From Bdellovibrionota bacterium (GTDB lineage: Bacteria > Bdellovibrionota > Bdellovibrionia > Bdellovibrionales > UBA840), in assembly GCA_036140815.1 (NCBI GenBank), contig JAYZXX010000248.1:8017-72016 (forward strand): 64,000 nt of DNA. The letters are read 5' to 3'. The notes under the pieces were generated by a model. That model did not search any database, had not been told where the DNA came from, and saw only the letters and a list, made by a program, of their open reading frames with translations. Of the stretch, positions 30,666 to 40,302 are shown one piece after another. Position 1 is the stretch's first letter. Each line of letters starts with the position of its first letter. The position numbers and the translations under genes were made by a program.

Positions 30666-30701
30666 AAGTATCTAAGTATCTAAGTATCTAAGTATCTAAA
30701 A
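30666..30701. repeat. Octanucleotide tandem repeat (AAGTATCT) x4.5
   Basis: The sequence reads CAAGTATCTAAGTATCTAAGTATCTAAGTATCTAAAA. Intergenic, about 100 nt upstream of the lipoprotein gene. Confidence 0.9.
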
Positions 30702-30803
30702 TTTTTATTCATTTACTTTTCCTTTCAAGCTTTACTGTTCTAATTTTTTAAATTTATTCCCTTTAGCTGGTCTAGTTGCATGCCGATATTAAAATGAGCC
30801 ATT

Positions 30804-32429
30804 TTGAAGGGGGGGCTGTTGAAAAAAAAGATCTCTTTATTTCTGTTTGGTTTAGTCTTAATTTTCTCCTACCAAAATTGCGACCAAGGCTTGAACTCCA
30901 TTGCCTACCAATCGAAAGATTTACCGATGGAGGCTAATGGAAGTGAAGTTGATGAAACTTTAGAACAGCCCGAAGAATTGATCGACTTCATTAGTAAACC
31001 CAAAAGAGACATTGAACGTATTCACCGCTATAGGTCTGGTGCTTTTATTTGGGGAAAAGAAGATGTCCTATATGTTTTTTTTGATCCCGACCATGATTCA
31101 GGTGAAAAGCCTACTATAGTTCCTAGCTTTAACGAGCTAAGCTATGTTAGCTATGCTACATCAAATGCTGGCGCTGCTTTTGTATTTACAGAAAATCGAA
31201 AAAAATTCTATAGCTGGGGTCAGGTAGAAAGTGGCGGTAGCTGTGCGAACTACTATACACCGAAATCACCAATAAGAAGGTCAGTAACTTCGCTAAATAG
31301 TACCTTATTTGTCGAGGGAAATTCCCTGTTTATTTGTAATAAAACAGGGCCACATAGTATAACAGAAGCACCCTTTAATCTTAATGAAGATTTCCAATTT
31401 TATATGGACAACACCGACGTATGGTACATCTATCAAGGTGACAATTTATATGTTTTCAGTGGAAATGAATTTATTGACACCTTCAAAACCAACTTTGTCC
31501 ACCACGAGCAAAACTATCTCGTTTGGAAATCTGAAGACAAAACCAGTTGGTACATAGGAAGTCTTAATGATTGGACTGACTTCGAATTTCGCGACTATAA
31601 CGATGGGCTCGACGGCATCCACACCACAGGACACGATATACTACCTAGAGCCATTATTAAAATAGACTCAAAAATGCAGTGGCGAGAAAAGTACATAGGC
31701 TTTAGCCCTTTTTCTCTTTTGTTTGAAAACCAAGAAACTGGGAGAGCAAGTATGTTCTATAGTTTCCCGCAGGGTTTTAATGACGAGGCTGTTCCTTTGG
31801 CTTTTACGGAACTCGAATTAGATGTTAAACCACAACACCTTGCCGGCAATAACATTTTAGCTATCAATTTAGAACACTTAGAAACAAGAATGTATACCTG
31901 GCCATTTCAGTCTTACATTGAAGTACCCTTTATAAGTAGTTCCCCCGTAAACTGTCTAGGGGGCGGACTAAAAATTTTTCAAACAGGCTCCTATGCTAAC
32001 AGTGAAATCAGCTTCTATTGCTTTGATGAAAATAACAAACTGTTCGTGTCAGACTCCACATACTATGGAGCGGAAAACATCGAAACTTTAAGAAATAAAA
32101 TTGAAAGCACCAAGAAAGCGTATTTTCATCACTACCTGCAAGGTGGGACAGCTTATTTGATTTCAGAAAATGGAGATATTTACTCTCCCAAACCAGAGCT
32201 TGCCTCCCTAGAGATTAAAGCTATTAGCGGTGGAGTATTAGGAAACATTGCTGTCATAACTAAATCCAACACTTTTCTCAATGAAAACGGAAGAGATTTT
32301 AGAAGCACCTCTGATATCGAGAGAAATATTTTACCAGAACTCGTTGACAGCTTCGACATTGGGCAAGGTGATGTTTTCCATTTAGAGGGAAAAAACTTTA
32401 AATATTATAAAGTGCTAACCAAGCCATAA
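30804..32429 (+). CDS. Orphan lipoprotein, unknown function
   Basis: 541-aa ORF. The likely true start is the in-frame TTG at 30819, which gives MKKKISLFLFGLVLIFSYQNC (lipobox-like) with the G7 run acting as RBS. Confidence 0.65.
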   Translation: MKGGLLKKKISLFLFGLVLIFSYQNCDQGLNSIAYQSKDLPMEANGSEVDETLEQPEELIDFISKPKRDIERIHRYRSGAFIWGKEDVLYVFFDPDHDSGEKPTIVPSFNELSYVSYATSNAGAAFVFTENRKKFYSWGQVESGGSCANYYTPKSPIRRSVTSLNSTLFVEGNSLFICNKTGPHSITEAPFNLNEDFQFYMDNTDVWYIYQGDNLYVFSGNEFIDTFKTNFVHHEQNYLVWKSEDKTSWYIGSLNDWTDFEFRDYNDGLDGIHTTGHDILPRAIIKIDSKMQWREKYIGFSPFSLLFENQETGRASMFYSFPQGFNDEAVPLAFTELELDVKPQHLAGNNILAINLEHLETRMYTWPFQSYIEVPFISSSPVNCLGGGLKIFQTGSYANSEISFYCFDENNKLFVSDSTYYGAENIETLRNKIESTKKAYFHHYLQGGTAYLISENGDIYSPKPELASLEIKAISGGVLGNIAVITKSNTFLNENGRDFRSTSDIERNILPELVDSFDIGQGDVFHLEGKNFKYYKVLTKP

Positions 32430-32615
32430 TAGCCTCTTCCATATTTCCAATTGGAATTTAAGTGCTGTCAAAAACTTAGACAGACACAACACGCTCTATT
32501 TATAAAAATGGAAAAAAATTTCGCGTATTTATAGGTACTTGCAGCTTTGACTGTAAAACTTTTGATTTCCCCTAAACCCCCTAGACTAAAGTTCCGAAAA
32601 TTTACCTAAGAACAT

Positions 32616-35282
32616 ATGCAACATCAGGGCTTTATGAAATATTGGGGATTAATTTTTACATTCTTATTTATTAACACTGCCTTTGCTCAACGAAGCAAGC
32701 TTCCGGTCATTCATGGAAAAATACAACTTCACGCTAACTGCATTCAATGCGGAGGAAGGTTTTTGTGTGGTCACACCGATGAGGTTACTACACTTTCCTA
32801 CAATCGCAAGAATCTAAGACAAAGCATAAAAGCCCATTGTGCGCAAAAGTCTAACGATATTTCTGAAGCCCTTCGAATCAAAGGCTCGGCTACTTCCGAA
32901 GAAGAACTTCGATACCAAAAGTATCACGAAGATATACTACTAAGCATTGATGCTAATAAAGGCGGGAGATTAAAATATAAAGAAGAAAAAGGCTTCGCCT
33001 ATTCCGATTTTTTTAGATATTTACAACCAACGAAAAACTTAAGCTCTGAGGAAAGAAAAAGAGTTATCGATCAAAACAAACAACAGGTTGGAATTTTAAA
33101 ACAAGACAACACCCTTTTGCCTGTTTTGTCCATCCAAGATTTTAAAGATACTAGGGGCGAACTAATTCGACCTGGAAGATTAGAAGCGGAATATCAAAAT
33201 TATGTTAAAGACCTAATGGTTGCTCACCCGTCTTACTTGTTTGAAGAACCTAAAAACTCCGGCTTATACATTAAAAGCCTTTCCCAAAATGCAGCCCTTC
33301 AAGAGCGACTTGCGAAAAAGTTTGATCTTGGTGGAAGAAATGTAGCAAGTCTTGGCGGTGGCAGTGGGTCAACCTATGGTAAATCCTCGTCTGGTGGTGG
33401 TAGTGATGAAGACCAAGGTGAAGGGGTTTCAAACTCAAGCCCAGAAGATCAAGTGATCTACGATCAAAACGGAAAAAATATAACAGCTGAAGTTAAGGCT
33501 AAAGAAAGAAAAAAAGAGAGAATAAAAGCACAGCGCGAAAGCGATGCCGCCAGAATTGAAAAAGAAAGAAGTAAAGGTGGCATCCAGCAAAAGCAGCTTA
33601 GTATGTACAAATCCGGTGATGCCTCTAAAATCTATTGGAACGACACTAGTTTCGGCGCAACAGCCAAAGCCATTATGGGTACAAATCCAAGCACTGATAT
33701 CTGTAACGGAAATAATACTGACCAAACCAATAGAAAAATTGGTCAATATTCAAATACCATCACCCAAGCTGGAGGGGCTTCAGACGGCTATACGAGCGAC
33801 GCCCAATTCAACGAACTTACTGAGAGCTTGATTCAAGCCACGAGACTTGGCAGCGAAGCCTGTCGACAAAGAGTGGACACAGAGGTATTACGAGTTTTCG
33901 GCAGCAATGGCGACAAAAAAACGGCACAACAATTAGTTGCAGAACTAGACAATACCTCTGCCGTAAGAAGAGATAGCAACAAAAGTTTCGTCGATAGTCC
34001 AGAAGTTAGAATGGTAGCCAGCAACACAAACCCAACACCACCAAGTAGCTTAGCTGGTAGCACCGAAAACCCACTAGAAATTGATCTCAACACACCTGTG
34101 TTGGATGATAATCCTGACCGGGCGGCGAATGCGGGTATGTTAGTTGCCTTAACTCAAGAAAACACCCAAAGAATTGCATCGAAGGGAATAAAAAATGAAA
34201 ATAGCAAAACTAAACAAGACCCAAAAGAAACTGTTGAAATAGACTCAAGTGACCTTGGCTATTCTGATACTGGAAGTTATTCACCTCCAATTACTACAGC
34301 CAGCCATAGCTTTGATTGCAGTAACTGGGACCTTGTTGCGTCAAAGATCGCTTACAGAAGCATGAAATGTGAGGCCGACTTAGCCTCAGCCTGTAATAAG
34401 AAGATTTCAGATTCCTTCTACGAAAATTGCTTACAGATAATTCCGGATGTTTTAGCGAGTGAGTTTCGGGAAGTTAACTTAAGAATGTGCAGACAAATAA
34501 TTAGCCCAAAAGCTTTGGAAGCTTTCAACTTTGATTTTGATTATCAACCAGGCAAAAAAATTAAAGACAAAAGTATCTATGAATTAAGTTCTAATATTAA
34601 CACCTATATGCCAGTACGTAATGCGATGCTGGGGAAAGAGAAAAAGCTAAAACTCATCGCCCAAATAGCAGAAAGAAACTTTGGTTTTAGTCTTGGTCGC
34701 CATGGACTCATCGATCTCGAAATTAAACCTCCCGCAAAGTTTTGTGAGAAAATTAATAAAACCGTTTTTAAAGACGGCAAGCTAATCTCCTCAGGCTTTA
34801 ACCTTATGGAAGAAAGAACGATTGCTTTCTTTTACTCCCATGAAAGTGACAACGAAAAAGACAAAAACGAAAAGGCCTTTTTGTACAGGTTTTTCGCTGC
34901 TGGTCAGGGCTTTAATGAGCCTCAAATATCAAAGGATGAAATGTGCAAAAAAATTCACGAAAGATTTCATAGCCTTGCCATCAACAGTTTAAACAAAAAT
35001 AAAATTGATAAGCAGTTAATGCAAGCAGCTAAAGCGCTGCAGGCAAACCTAACCGAGCTTGCAAAAAAAGAGGAGCTTCCACCAGAGATACTCGAACTAG
35101 ACATGGAAAATCTAAAAAACAAGAGTCCAGTCTATGCTGAGCTTATTAGACAAGGGGCAATTTTAAAATATTATACTCCGGAATCAAGTGATTATGCACT
35201 TCCAAGACTAAGCAATTATACTGAAGCCTGTTCTGAGGCCATAGAGAGAGCTCCTGCTGATACTAGCCAGGCAGTAAACTAA
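32616..35282 (+). CDS. Large secreted hypothetical protein
   Basis: 888 aa. Signal peptide WGLIFTFLFINTAFA. Gly/Ser-rich and charged linkers. No recognisable catalytic motif. Confidence 0.65.
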   Translation: MQHQGFMKYWGLIFTFLFINTAFAQRSKLPVIHGKIQLHANCIQCGGRFLCGHTDEVTTLSYNRKNLRQSIKAHCAQKSNDISEALRIKGSATSEEELRYQKYHEDILLSIDANKGGRLKYKEEKGFAYSDFFRYLQPTKNLSSEERKRVIDQNKQQVGILKQDNTLLPVLSIQDFKDTRGELIRPGRLEAEYQNYVKDLMVAHPSYLFEEPKNSGLYIKSLSQNAALQERLAKKFDLGGRNVASLGGGSGSTYGKSSSGGGSDEDQGEGVSNSSPEDQVIYDQNGKNITAEVKAKERKKERIKAQRESDAARIEKERSKGGIQQKQLSMYKSGDASKIYWNDTSFGATAKAIMGTNPSTDICNGNNTDQTNRKIGQYSNTITQAGGASDGYTSDAQFNELTESLIQATRLGSEACRQRVDTEVLRVFGSNGDKKTAQQLVAELDNTSAVRRDSNKSFVDSPEVRMVASNTNPTPPSSLAGSTENPLEIDLNTPVLDDNPDRAANAGMLVALTQENTQRIASKGIKNENSKTKQDPKETVEIDSSDLGYSDTGSYSPPITTASHSFDCSNWDLVASKIAYRSMKCEADLASACNKKISDSFYENCLQIIPDVLASEFREVNLRMCRQIISPKALEAFNFDFDYQPGKKIKDKSIYELSSNINTYMPVRNAMLGKEKKLKLIAQIAERNFGFSLGRHGLIDLEIKPPAKFCEKINKTVFKDGKLISSGFNLMEERTIAFFYSHESDNEKDKNEKAFLYRFFAAGQGFNEPQISKDEMCKKIHERFHSLAINSLNKNKIDKQLMQAAKALQANLTELAKKEELPPEILELDMENLKNKSPVYAELIRQGAILKYYTPESSDYALPRLSNYTEACSEAIERAPADTSQAVN

Positions 35283-37210
35283 TTGTTTACCTGAAAGGCT
35301 CTAAAAAGTCCGATCAAGTAGGCTCTCATTTTTTGGCTCTCGTCTTTTTCGTAACTATTTTGAACCAAGTTCGCGCTACTAACTTCATTACCTTCTTTTT
35401 CAAGGGAAGAATCCTTACTAAGGTATTCCCATAGAGATCTAACCTCTGGTCTACTAATATCTAAAGCATTGTCTTTAAAAAGGTAATAATAGGTTTTTTC
35501 AACCGGCCCGGTTAAGTTATTCGGATCTAAATTTTCCAACACCGACTTTACTGCATTTTTTAGGGGGGTAGCTGAAACAGAGAAAGCATTTGCACCTGTT
35601 TCACCTCTTTTCCCGAAAGTCCCTTGAGAATTAGTGTTTTTGGGGGTTGGATCAGTTCCACCAGCTAGTTTCAATAAAGTTGCAGTATCAGCTCCCGACT
35701 CTTTGAAATATCTCATTAGGTGATTTAATTTGTCATATACGTTTTTAGGCGCCATCTGATTAAAATCAGAGAAATACATTTTAGCTGCAAGATAGCCTTC
35801 TAAATCTTTTCCAAAATAGTTGTAAGGTTCAAAATCTGCAAAACTCTTAAATTCATTTCTAGAAATTTGGTTATAAACCGCTTTAAATTTTCGAGACTTA
35901 ATCAGCTTGTCATAATCAGGAAACTCTCGACATGCATCCATAAAGCCCCCGACCGCATTACAGTAGTCAGGTAGAGTGTCATGGCTATAGCCTAAATTAT
36001 GACATAGCTCATGTAGAATTGTAGCGCCAACACTACCGTTGAGGGTGCTGTGTTCAAACGCAGCCTCATTTTTAAAAGTTACAAATGGAGGACCTAATAA
36101 TGTACCCAAAACCTTTCCTGATTGAATTGAACTATCCCAAGAAGAGTTGCTCATATGTAAACTTGCACCCGCAATCCGTGGATTTACTCGATCACCTTTC
36201 ATATCGACACAAGCAATTTTTGGCTTCAGCGCAACTGGCCTAGTTGGGTTTAATAGGTTACTGAAACCTAATAAAATATTTCTTGAAAAACTGTTGTACC
36301 GAGTGCCCCCATCTTTTTGTTGGCTAAATTTTTTCAGCTTATCTGAACATTCCTGAAAATCATTTATGGCCTCATCAACTCTTGACTTGAAAATTTCATA
36401 ACTGATTTTTTCCCCAGTCTTTTCATTTTCAGAATAACAGCTAGAGTGCACCAAAACCCCATATTCGTTCGTAGCCTGAAAATAAGACTTTCCATCTACG
36501 TTGATTCTGGGGGGGGCTTGTCTAGAAAACTCTTCCGAAATTTTATCTCTTAGCTCTTTCAAATCCAAAGAGGTTTCGAAATTGTAAGCACCCGAAACAG
36601 CCGTATCACAATTACCATCACAAATTACATACTTTCCTTCGGTCTGAGCTGCAGTTTTAGCAATTATTAACTCGTTCAATTTTACCCAGGTCCCGTTTCT
36701 CTTGGAAAATATTTTTCTACTCATCAAACTAAGATTTTCAATAACTTTTGTATCAAAGCTACCGTCGTAATCCTTATCTACAAGAATGACACAGATTCCA
36801 TTTTCACATTTCTTTTTAACGTCAAATGAACCATCATAATTACTGTCTTTTAAGTACCGAACTTCTCTGCCGAACTCATCATATTCCGCTCTAATGTCAA
36901 TTGACCCGTCCTCGTTAATATCTGATTTTAACGAAGCAAGTTTTCCTCCGTTTATTTTTTTCCAAGTATCATCCACACCGTTGCCATTAACATCGAGGTT
37001 TACACCCTGATCTAGAAGTGGACTTAGTTTCTTTTCTTTCGATGGAAGAGTTGTTGCAGAGGCAATTGATCGAGATAGTTTTTTTACAGGATTATAATAG
37101 TTTTCAAAATTGTGATTTAAACTTAACAAGTCACCAAAGTCGTATGCGTATAACGACATACAAAAGACCAAGCTGGATACGAATGCGAATGATGCTTTTA
37201 AAAATCTCAT
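35279..37210 (-). CDS. Secreted metzincin-type zinc metalloprotease with N-terminal EF-hand-like Ca-binding repeats
   Basis: 643 aa with signal peptide. Four DxDxDG-type loops (DVNGNGVDD, DINEDGSID, DSNYDGSFD, DKDYDGSFD). Zinc motif HELCHNLGYSHD (HExxHxxGxxH). Confidence 0.7.
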   Translation of the reverse strand: MRFLKASFAFVSSLVFCMSLYAYDFGDLLSLNHNFENYYNPVKKLSRSIASATTLPSKEKKLSPLLDQGVNLDVNGNGVDDTWKKINGGKLASLKSDINEDGSIDIRAEYDEFGREVRYLKDSNYDGSFDVKKKCENGICVILVDKDYDGSFDTKVIENLSLMSRKIFSKRNGTWVKLNELIIAKTAAQTEGKYVICDGNCDTAVSGAYNFETSLDLKELRDKISEEFSRQAPPRINVDGKSYFQATNEYGVLVHSSCYSENEKTGEKISYEIFKSRVDEAINDFQECSDKLKKFSQQKDGGTRYNSFSRNILLGFSNLLNPTRPVALKPKIACVDMKGDRVNPRIAGASLHMSNSSWDSSIQSGKVLGTLLGPPFVTFKNEAAFEHSTLNGSVGATILHELCHNLGYSHDTLPDYCNAVGGFMDACREFPDYDKLIKSRKFKAVYNQISRNEFKSFADFEPYNYFGKDLEGYLAAKMYFSDFNQMAPKNVYDKLNHLMRYFKESGADTATLLKLAGGTDPTPKNTNSQGTFGKRGETGANAFSVSATPLKNAVKSVLENLDPNNLTGPVEKTYYYLFKDNALDISRPEVRSLWEYLSKDSSLEKEGNEVSSANLVQNSYEKDESQKMRAYLIGLFRAFQVNN

Positions 37211-37618
37211 AAACTCTTACCTAAATATCGGTTTTTAGTGACCTTTTATAGATATTTATGCCATAATTTTAGGCTTAGGTAGAGCATGACTTATGTCCTT
37301 GTAAATATTTCTGATTGGTAGGGCTAAAGCGCTCAAAAATGGCAATTCTGGACCTTAATAATCAGTACATTAAATATTAATCTGATTCTCGTTCAAATAT
37401 AATTTGTAATTCCCATCCGACTATTAAATTTGAAACCAATTCTCTTTGACTCCCATAGAAACTATCTACATATCTTCTATGTAGTCTCTCATCAAAAACA
37501 CTTTTTTAAAAACTAGTCTGAGACTTTTGTTGCAATTTTTCATTCAGTTAAAACCGGTCTTGAAAGATTGGACCTGCAAAATAGAATGATTTAGTAGCGT
37601 TTTTCAGAGGAGTTCTGG

Positions 37619-38557
37619 TTGTTTCAAATAAAATATAATCTAGAAAGAAGCATTGTCATTAATAAAGACCTAGATAGTGTTTATGAATGTGTATCTAACT
37701 TTGACACTTGGAACGAATGGTCTCCTTGGCTTTGTCTCGAAAAAAATGCCGAAGTGCAAATTGGTGGCGATGCTCAAAACGTAGGGCATAAACAAAAATG
37801 GAAAGGAACTCGAATTGGTGAGGGCGAAATGCTTTTAGCAAATTTGGAAATAAACAAAAGCCTTCACTACGATTTAAAATTTCTGAAGCCCTTTAAGTCA
37901 GAGGCAAAGGTAGATTTCTTTTTTGAAAAACAAGCCAAAGGAACCAAGTTACGTTGGGCAATGCAAAGCTCTGTCCCTGTTTATTTATTTTTCCTTAAAG
38001 AAATGCTTGCAGCCATGCTGGGTAATGATTTTGAACGTGGCCTTAGTATGCTAAAGGAGTTTTTAGAAACTGGCGAAGTACTAAGTGAAATTGAAATGCT
38101 TGGTAAAGTCGAAAAACCTGGTTTTCACTATCTTGGTGTTAGACGTTCTTCAAGCATTGATGAACTACCAAAAATTATGCAACAAGACTTTGAAAGAATA
38201 CAAAAATACATGCAAGAGGGTAAAATTAAAAACTCCAATCAAATGATTTCTTTTTACCACAAATTTGATTTTATGAGAAACCAAGCAATCTATACAAATG
38301 CGGTAGTATATGAATCACAACAGGGCTCCTATACTGAACTGCAATCCGGTTACGTACCGAAGCATCATTGTGCGCAGGTACTACACACAGGAGCCTATGA
38401 GAACATTGGCAACGCCTGGTCCGCAATTATGAATTATCAAAGGCACGAGAAATTGAAAGCCAATAAAAACATCCCTTGGTATGAATGGTATGTGAACAGT
38501 CCAAAACAAGTGGAAAAGCGAAATCTAAAAACCAGTATCAACCTACCAATAAAGTAG
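37619..38557 (+). CDS. SRPBCC (START-like) plus GyrI-like ligand-binding two-domain protein
   Basis: 312 aa. TTG start with GAGGAG RBS. The N-terminus VINKDLDSVYECVSNFDTWNEWSPW is typical of SRPBCC. The C-terminal half (HTGAYENIGNAWSAIMNY) is typical of GyrI-like/AraC-effector domains. Confidence 0.6.
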   Translation: MFQIKYNLERSIVINKDLDSVYECVSNFDTWNEWSPWLCLEKNAEVQIGGDAQNVGHKQKWKGTRIGEGEMLLANLEINKSLHYDLKFLKPFKSEAKVDFFFEKQAKGTKLRWAMQSSVPVYLFFLKEMLAAMLGNDFERGLSMLKEFLETGEVLSEIEMLGKVEKPGFHYLGVRRSSSIDELPKIMQQDFERIQKYMQEGKIKNSNQMISFYHKFDFMRNQAIYTNAVVYESQQGSYTELQSGYVPKHHCAQVLHTGAYENIGNAWSAIMNYQRHEKLKANKNIPWYEWYVNSPKQVEKRNLKTSINLPIK

Positions 38558-38623
38558 TTTTTATTCTTGTACTTCATTCCTGTAAACAGAAGTAGCCCTT
38601 GGCGGCTTGGGTTCATTTAAAAA

Positions 38624-38653
38624 TAAAAAAACCAGACAATTTCTTGCCTGGTT
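38624..38653 (-). terminator. Rho-independent terminator of the LysM protein gene
   Basis: Stem CCAGACAA/TTGCCTGG (one mismatch). On the minus strand it is followed by TTTTTTTATTTTT. Confidence 0.6.
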
Positions 38654-38678
38654 TAAAAAATAAAAATTGGGTTTTATA

Positions 38679-40178
38679 TTAGATCTGAGTTTGCTCAGTA
38701 ATGTCCATTTGCATTTTCTTAGCCTTGTTTTTCTTAACCACTAAGAATAAGCCGCCACCAACTACGATTAAAGCAGCTCCAAGAGTTATCATTAGATCTT
38801 GGTTTTCTTCAGCTGGCTTCTTAAGCTTTCTAGAATTTTTACGCTTTGCTCTTTCGGCTCTTCTTTCTGCTGCTGTATCCTTTTGTGCAACAACTGGTGG
38901 TGCTGGAGGTGCCGGCGGAGCAACCACTGGTGGTGCAGGCGGCGCCGGTGGAGCTGGAGGTGCCGGTGGCTGAGCCACTGTACCTGCCATATTAGCATCC
39001 GGTTGGTTAATTTGCGGATCTTGCATCGGCGGAACTGGTGGTGCTGGTGGTACCATCGGAGCAGGTTCTGGCTCTGGCATCATCGGCTCTGGCATAGAAG
39101 GAGGCTCGTTCATTGCAAGATTCTGCATTGGAGCGCTAGAACCCTCAGGCCAATAAACCACTTCTGTTCCTTGTAAAACTTCGCCTTTCGATTCAAGCGC
39201 CATATTCGTAGCCCAAATCTCTTTCCAAGAACCTGGGTCACCTAATAAATCCTGAGATACAGCACGTATATTTTCACCGGCAGAAACAAATCGAGTCTGT
39301 GATGGAATTCCGTTGTCTTCATAATAAGTAATTATCTTGGAATTATCCCCAGGACGATTCGGAGATTCATAATAAAGTTTATCCCCTGTTTTAAAACTTC
39401 TAGTTAGGTGGGGGTTCGATGAATAAATTCTACCCGTATCCATTGAACCATAGATCTTCTGCGAAACGCTTTCTGGAGTGTCACCAGGGCGTATAATGTA
39501 TACAGTATTTAAGTTTCTTCCAGCTTTTGTAAATGGAATTGTTTTGATCTTTTTAACCGGTACCCAAGATGGCTTATCTACAACTTCTTCCATCATTGGC
39601 TCAGTTTCAGCAAATGTGTCTGGTTCAGAAAAAGTATCCGCAATGATCGGAGCTTCTTCAACAGGAGCTTCCATAATTGGCTCTTGCATTGGCTCTTCAA
39701 AAGTCTCCATCGGAGCTTCTTCAGCAATGTCCTGGCTTTCTTGTACATCTAAGATATCTTCTTCAACTGGAGTTTCTTCCGCAACTTCTTCTTCTAGGAG
39801 TTCATCTTCAAACTCTTCATCACCAAAGTCTTCATCCGCAAACTCATCTGAGAACTCGTCTTCAGCAAACTCTTCCTCTGCAAATTCATCTTCTGAACCT
39901 TCTTCAGCAAATTCATCACCAGATTCCTCTGCGAAATCATCGGAAAACTCTTCTTCTTCGCCAAAGTCAGCTTGTACCTCTTCTTCTTCGCCGAAATCTG
40001 CAAATTCATCGTCTCCCCCCTCAGAGGCTTCGTCCATAAAATCTGCGCTTTCATCAGCGATCTCTTCAGACATTTCAGATGCGGTTGAATCATCGACATC
40101 ATCTCCTGAGGAACAGGAGACATTAAACATCAAGAACAAAGAAAGTAGTAACAGTGCTAAATACTTCATAGAAGCCAA
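38679..40178 (-). CDS. Exported LysM-like protein with extreme acidic region, proline-rich region and C-terminal TM anchor
   Basis: 499 aa. Signal ending NVSCSS. Residues ~24-200 are almost entirely D/E/F/A. LysM-like segment VYIIRPGDTPESVSQKIYG...GDKLYY. PPAPPAPPAPPAPPVVAPPAPPAPP tract. TM segment LMITLGAALIVVGGGLFLVV. Confidence 0.7.
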   Translation of the reverse strand: MASMKYLALLLLSLFLMFNVSCSSGDDVDDSTASEMSEEIADESADFMDEASEGGDDEFADFGEEEEVQADFGEEEEFSDDFAEESGDEFAEEGSEDEFAEEEFAEDEFSDEFADEDFGDEEFEDELLEEEVAEETPVEEDILDVQESQDIAEEAPMETFEEPMQEPIMEAPVEEAPIIADTFSEPDTFAETEPMMEEVVDKPSWVPVKKIKTIPFTKAGRNLNTVYIIRPGDTPESVSQKIYGSMDTGRIYSSNPHLTRSFKTGDKLYYESPNRPGDNSKIITYYEDNGIPSQTRFVSAGENIRAVSQDLLGDPGSWKEIWATNMALESKGEVLQGTEVVYWPEGSSAPMQNLAMNEPPSMPEPMMPEPEPAPMVPPAPPVPPMQDPQINQPDANMAGTVAQPPAPPAPPAPPAPPVVAPPAPPAPPVVAQKDTAAERRAERAKRKNSRKLKKPAEENQDLMITLGAALIVVGGGLFLVVKKNKAKKMQMDITEQTQI

Positions 40179-40302
40179 TCCTTTGGTGTATATTCCACTA
40201 CTGATTAATTATTTCACAATCTATTCGGACATTTAAGTAGATTTATAAGGGATAGTGGCAGAAACCATTCTTTGGTATTAGCTGAATGTAGTTTAGCCAG
40301 AC

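Noticed and set aside
30666-30701. CRISPR-like repeat
   Set aside because: The repeats are contiguous 8-bp units without spacers and there are no cas genes. This is a microsatellite, not a CRISPR array.
37466-37484. Palindrome CTACATA-TCTTC-TATGTAG upstream of the SRPBCC/GyrI-like gene as an operator
   Set aside because: It is only a 7-bp stem in a 400-bp AT-rich region with no adjacent regulator gene. It could easily arise by chance, so it is not reported as a feature.
38701-40236. Several plus-strand ORFs (38701..38973, 38799..39176, 39478..40236, 39677..40039) opposite the LysM-like gene
   Set aside because: These are antisense artefacts of the GAA/GAT-rich and CCA/CCT-rich repeats, with poly-Ser/Gly/Trp-Arg products. 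The minus-strand ORF has a signal peptide, LysM-like segments, a TM anchor and a terminator.
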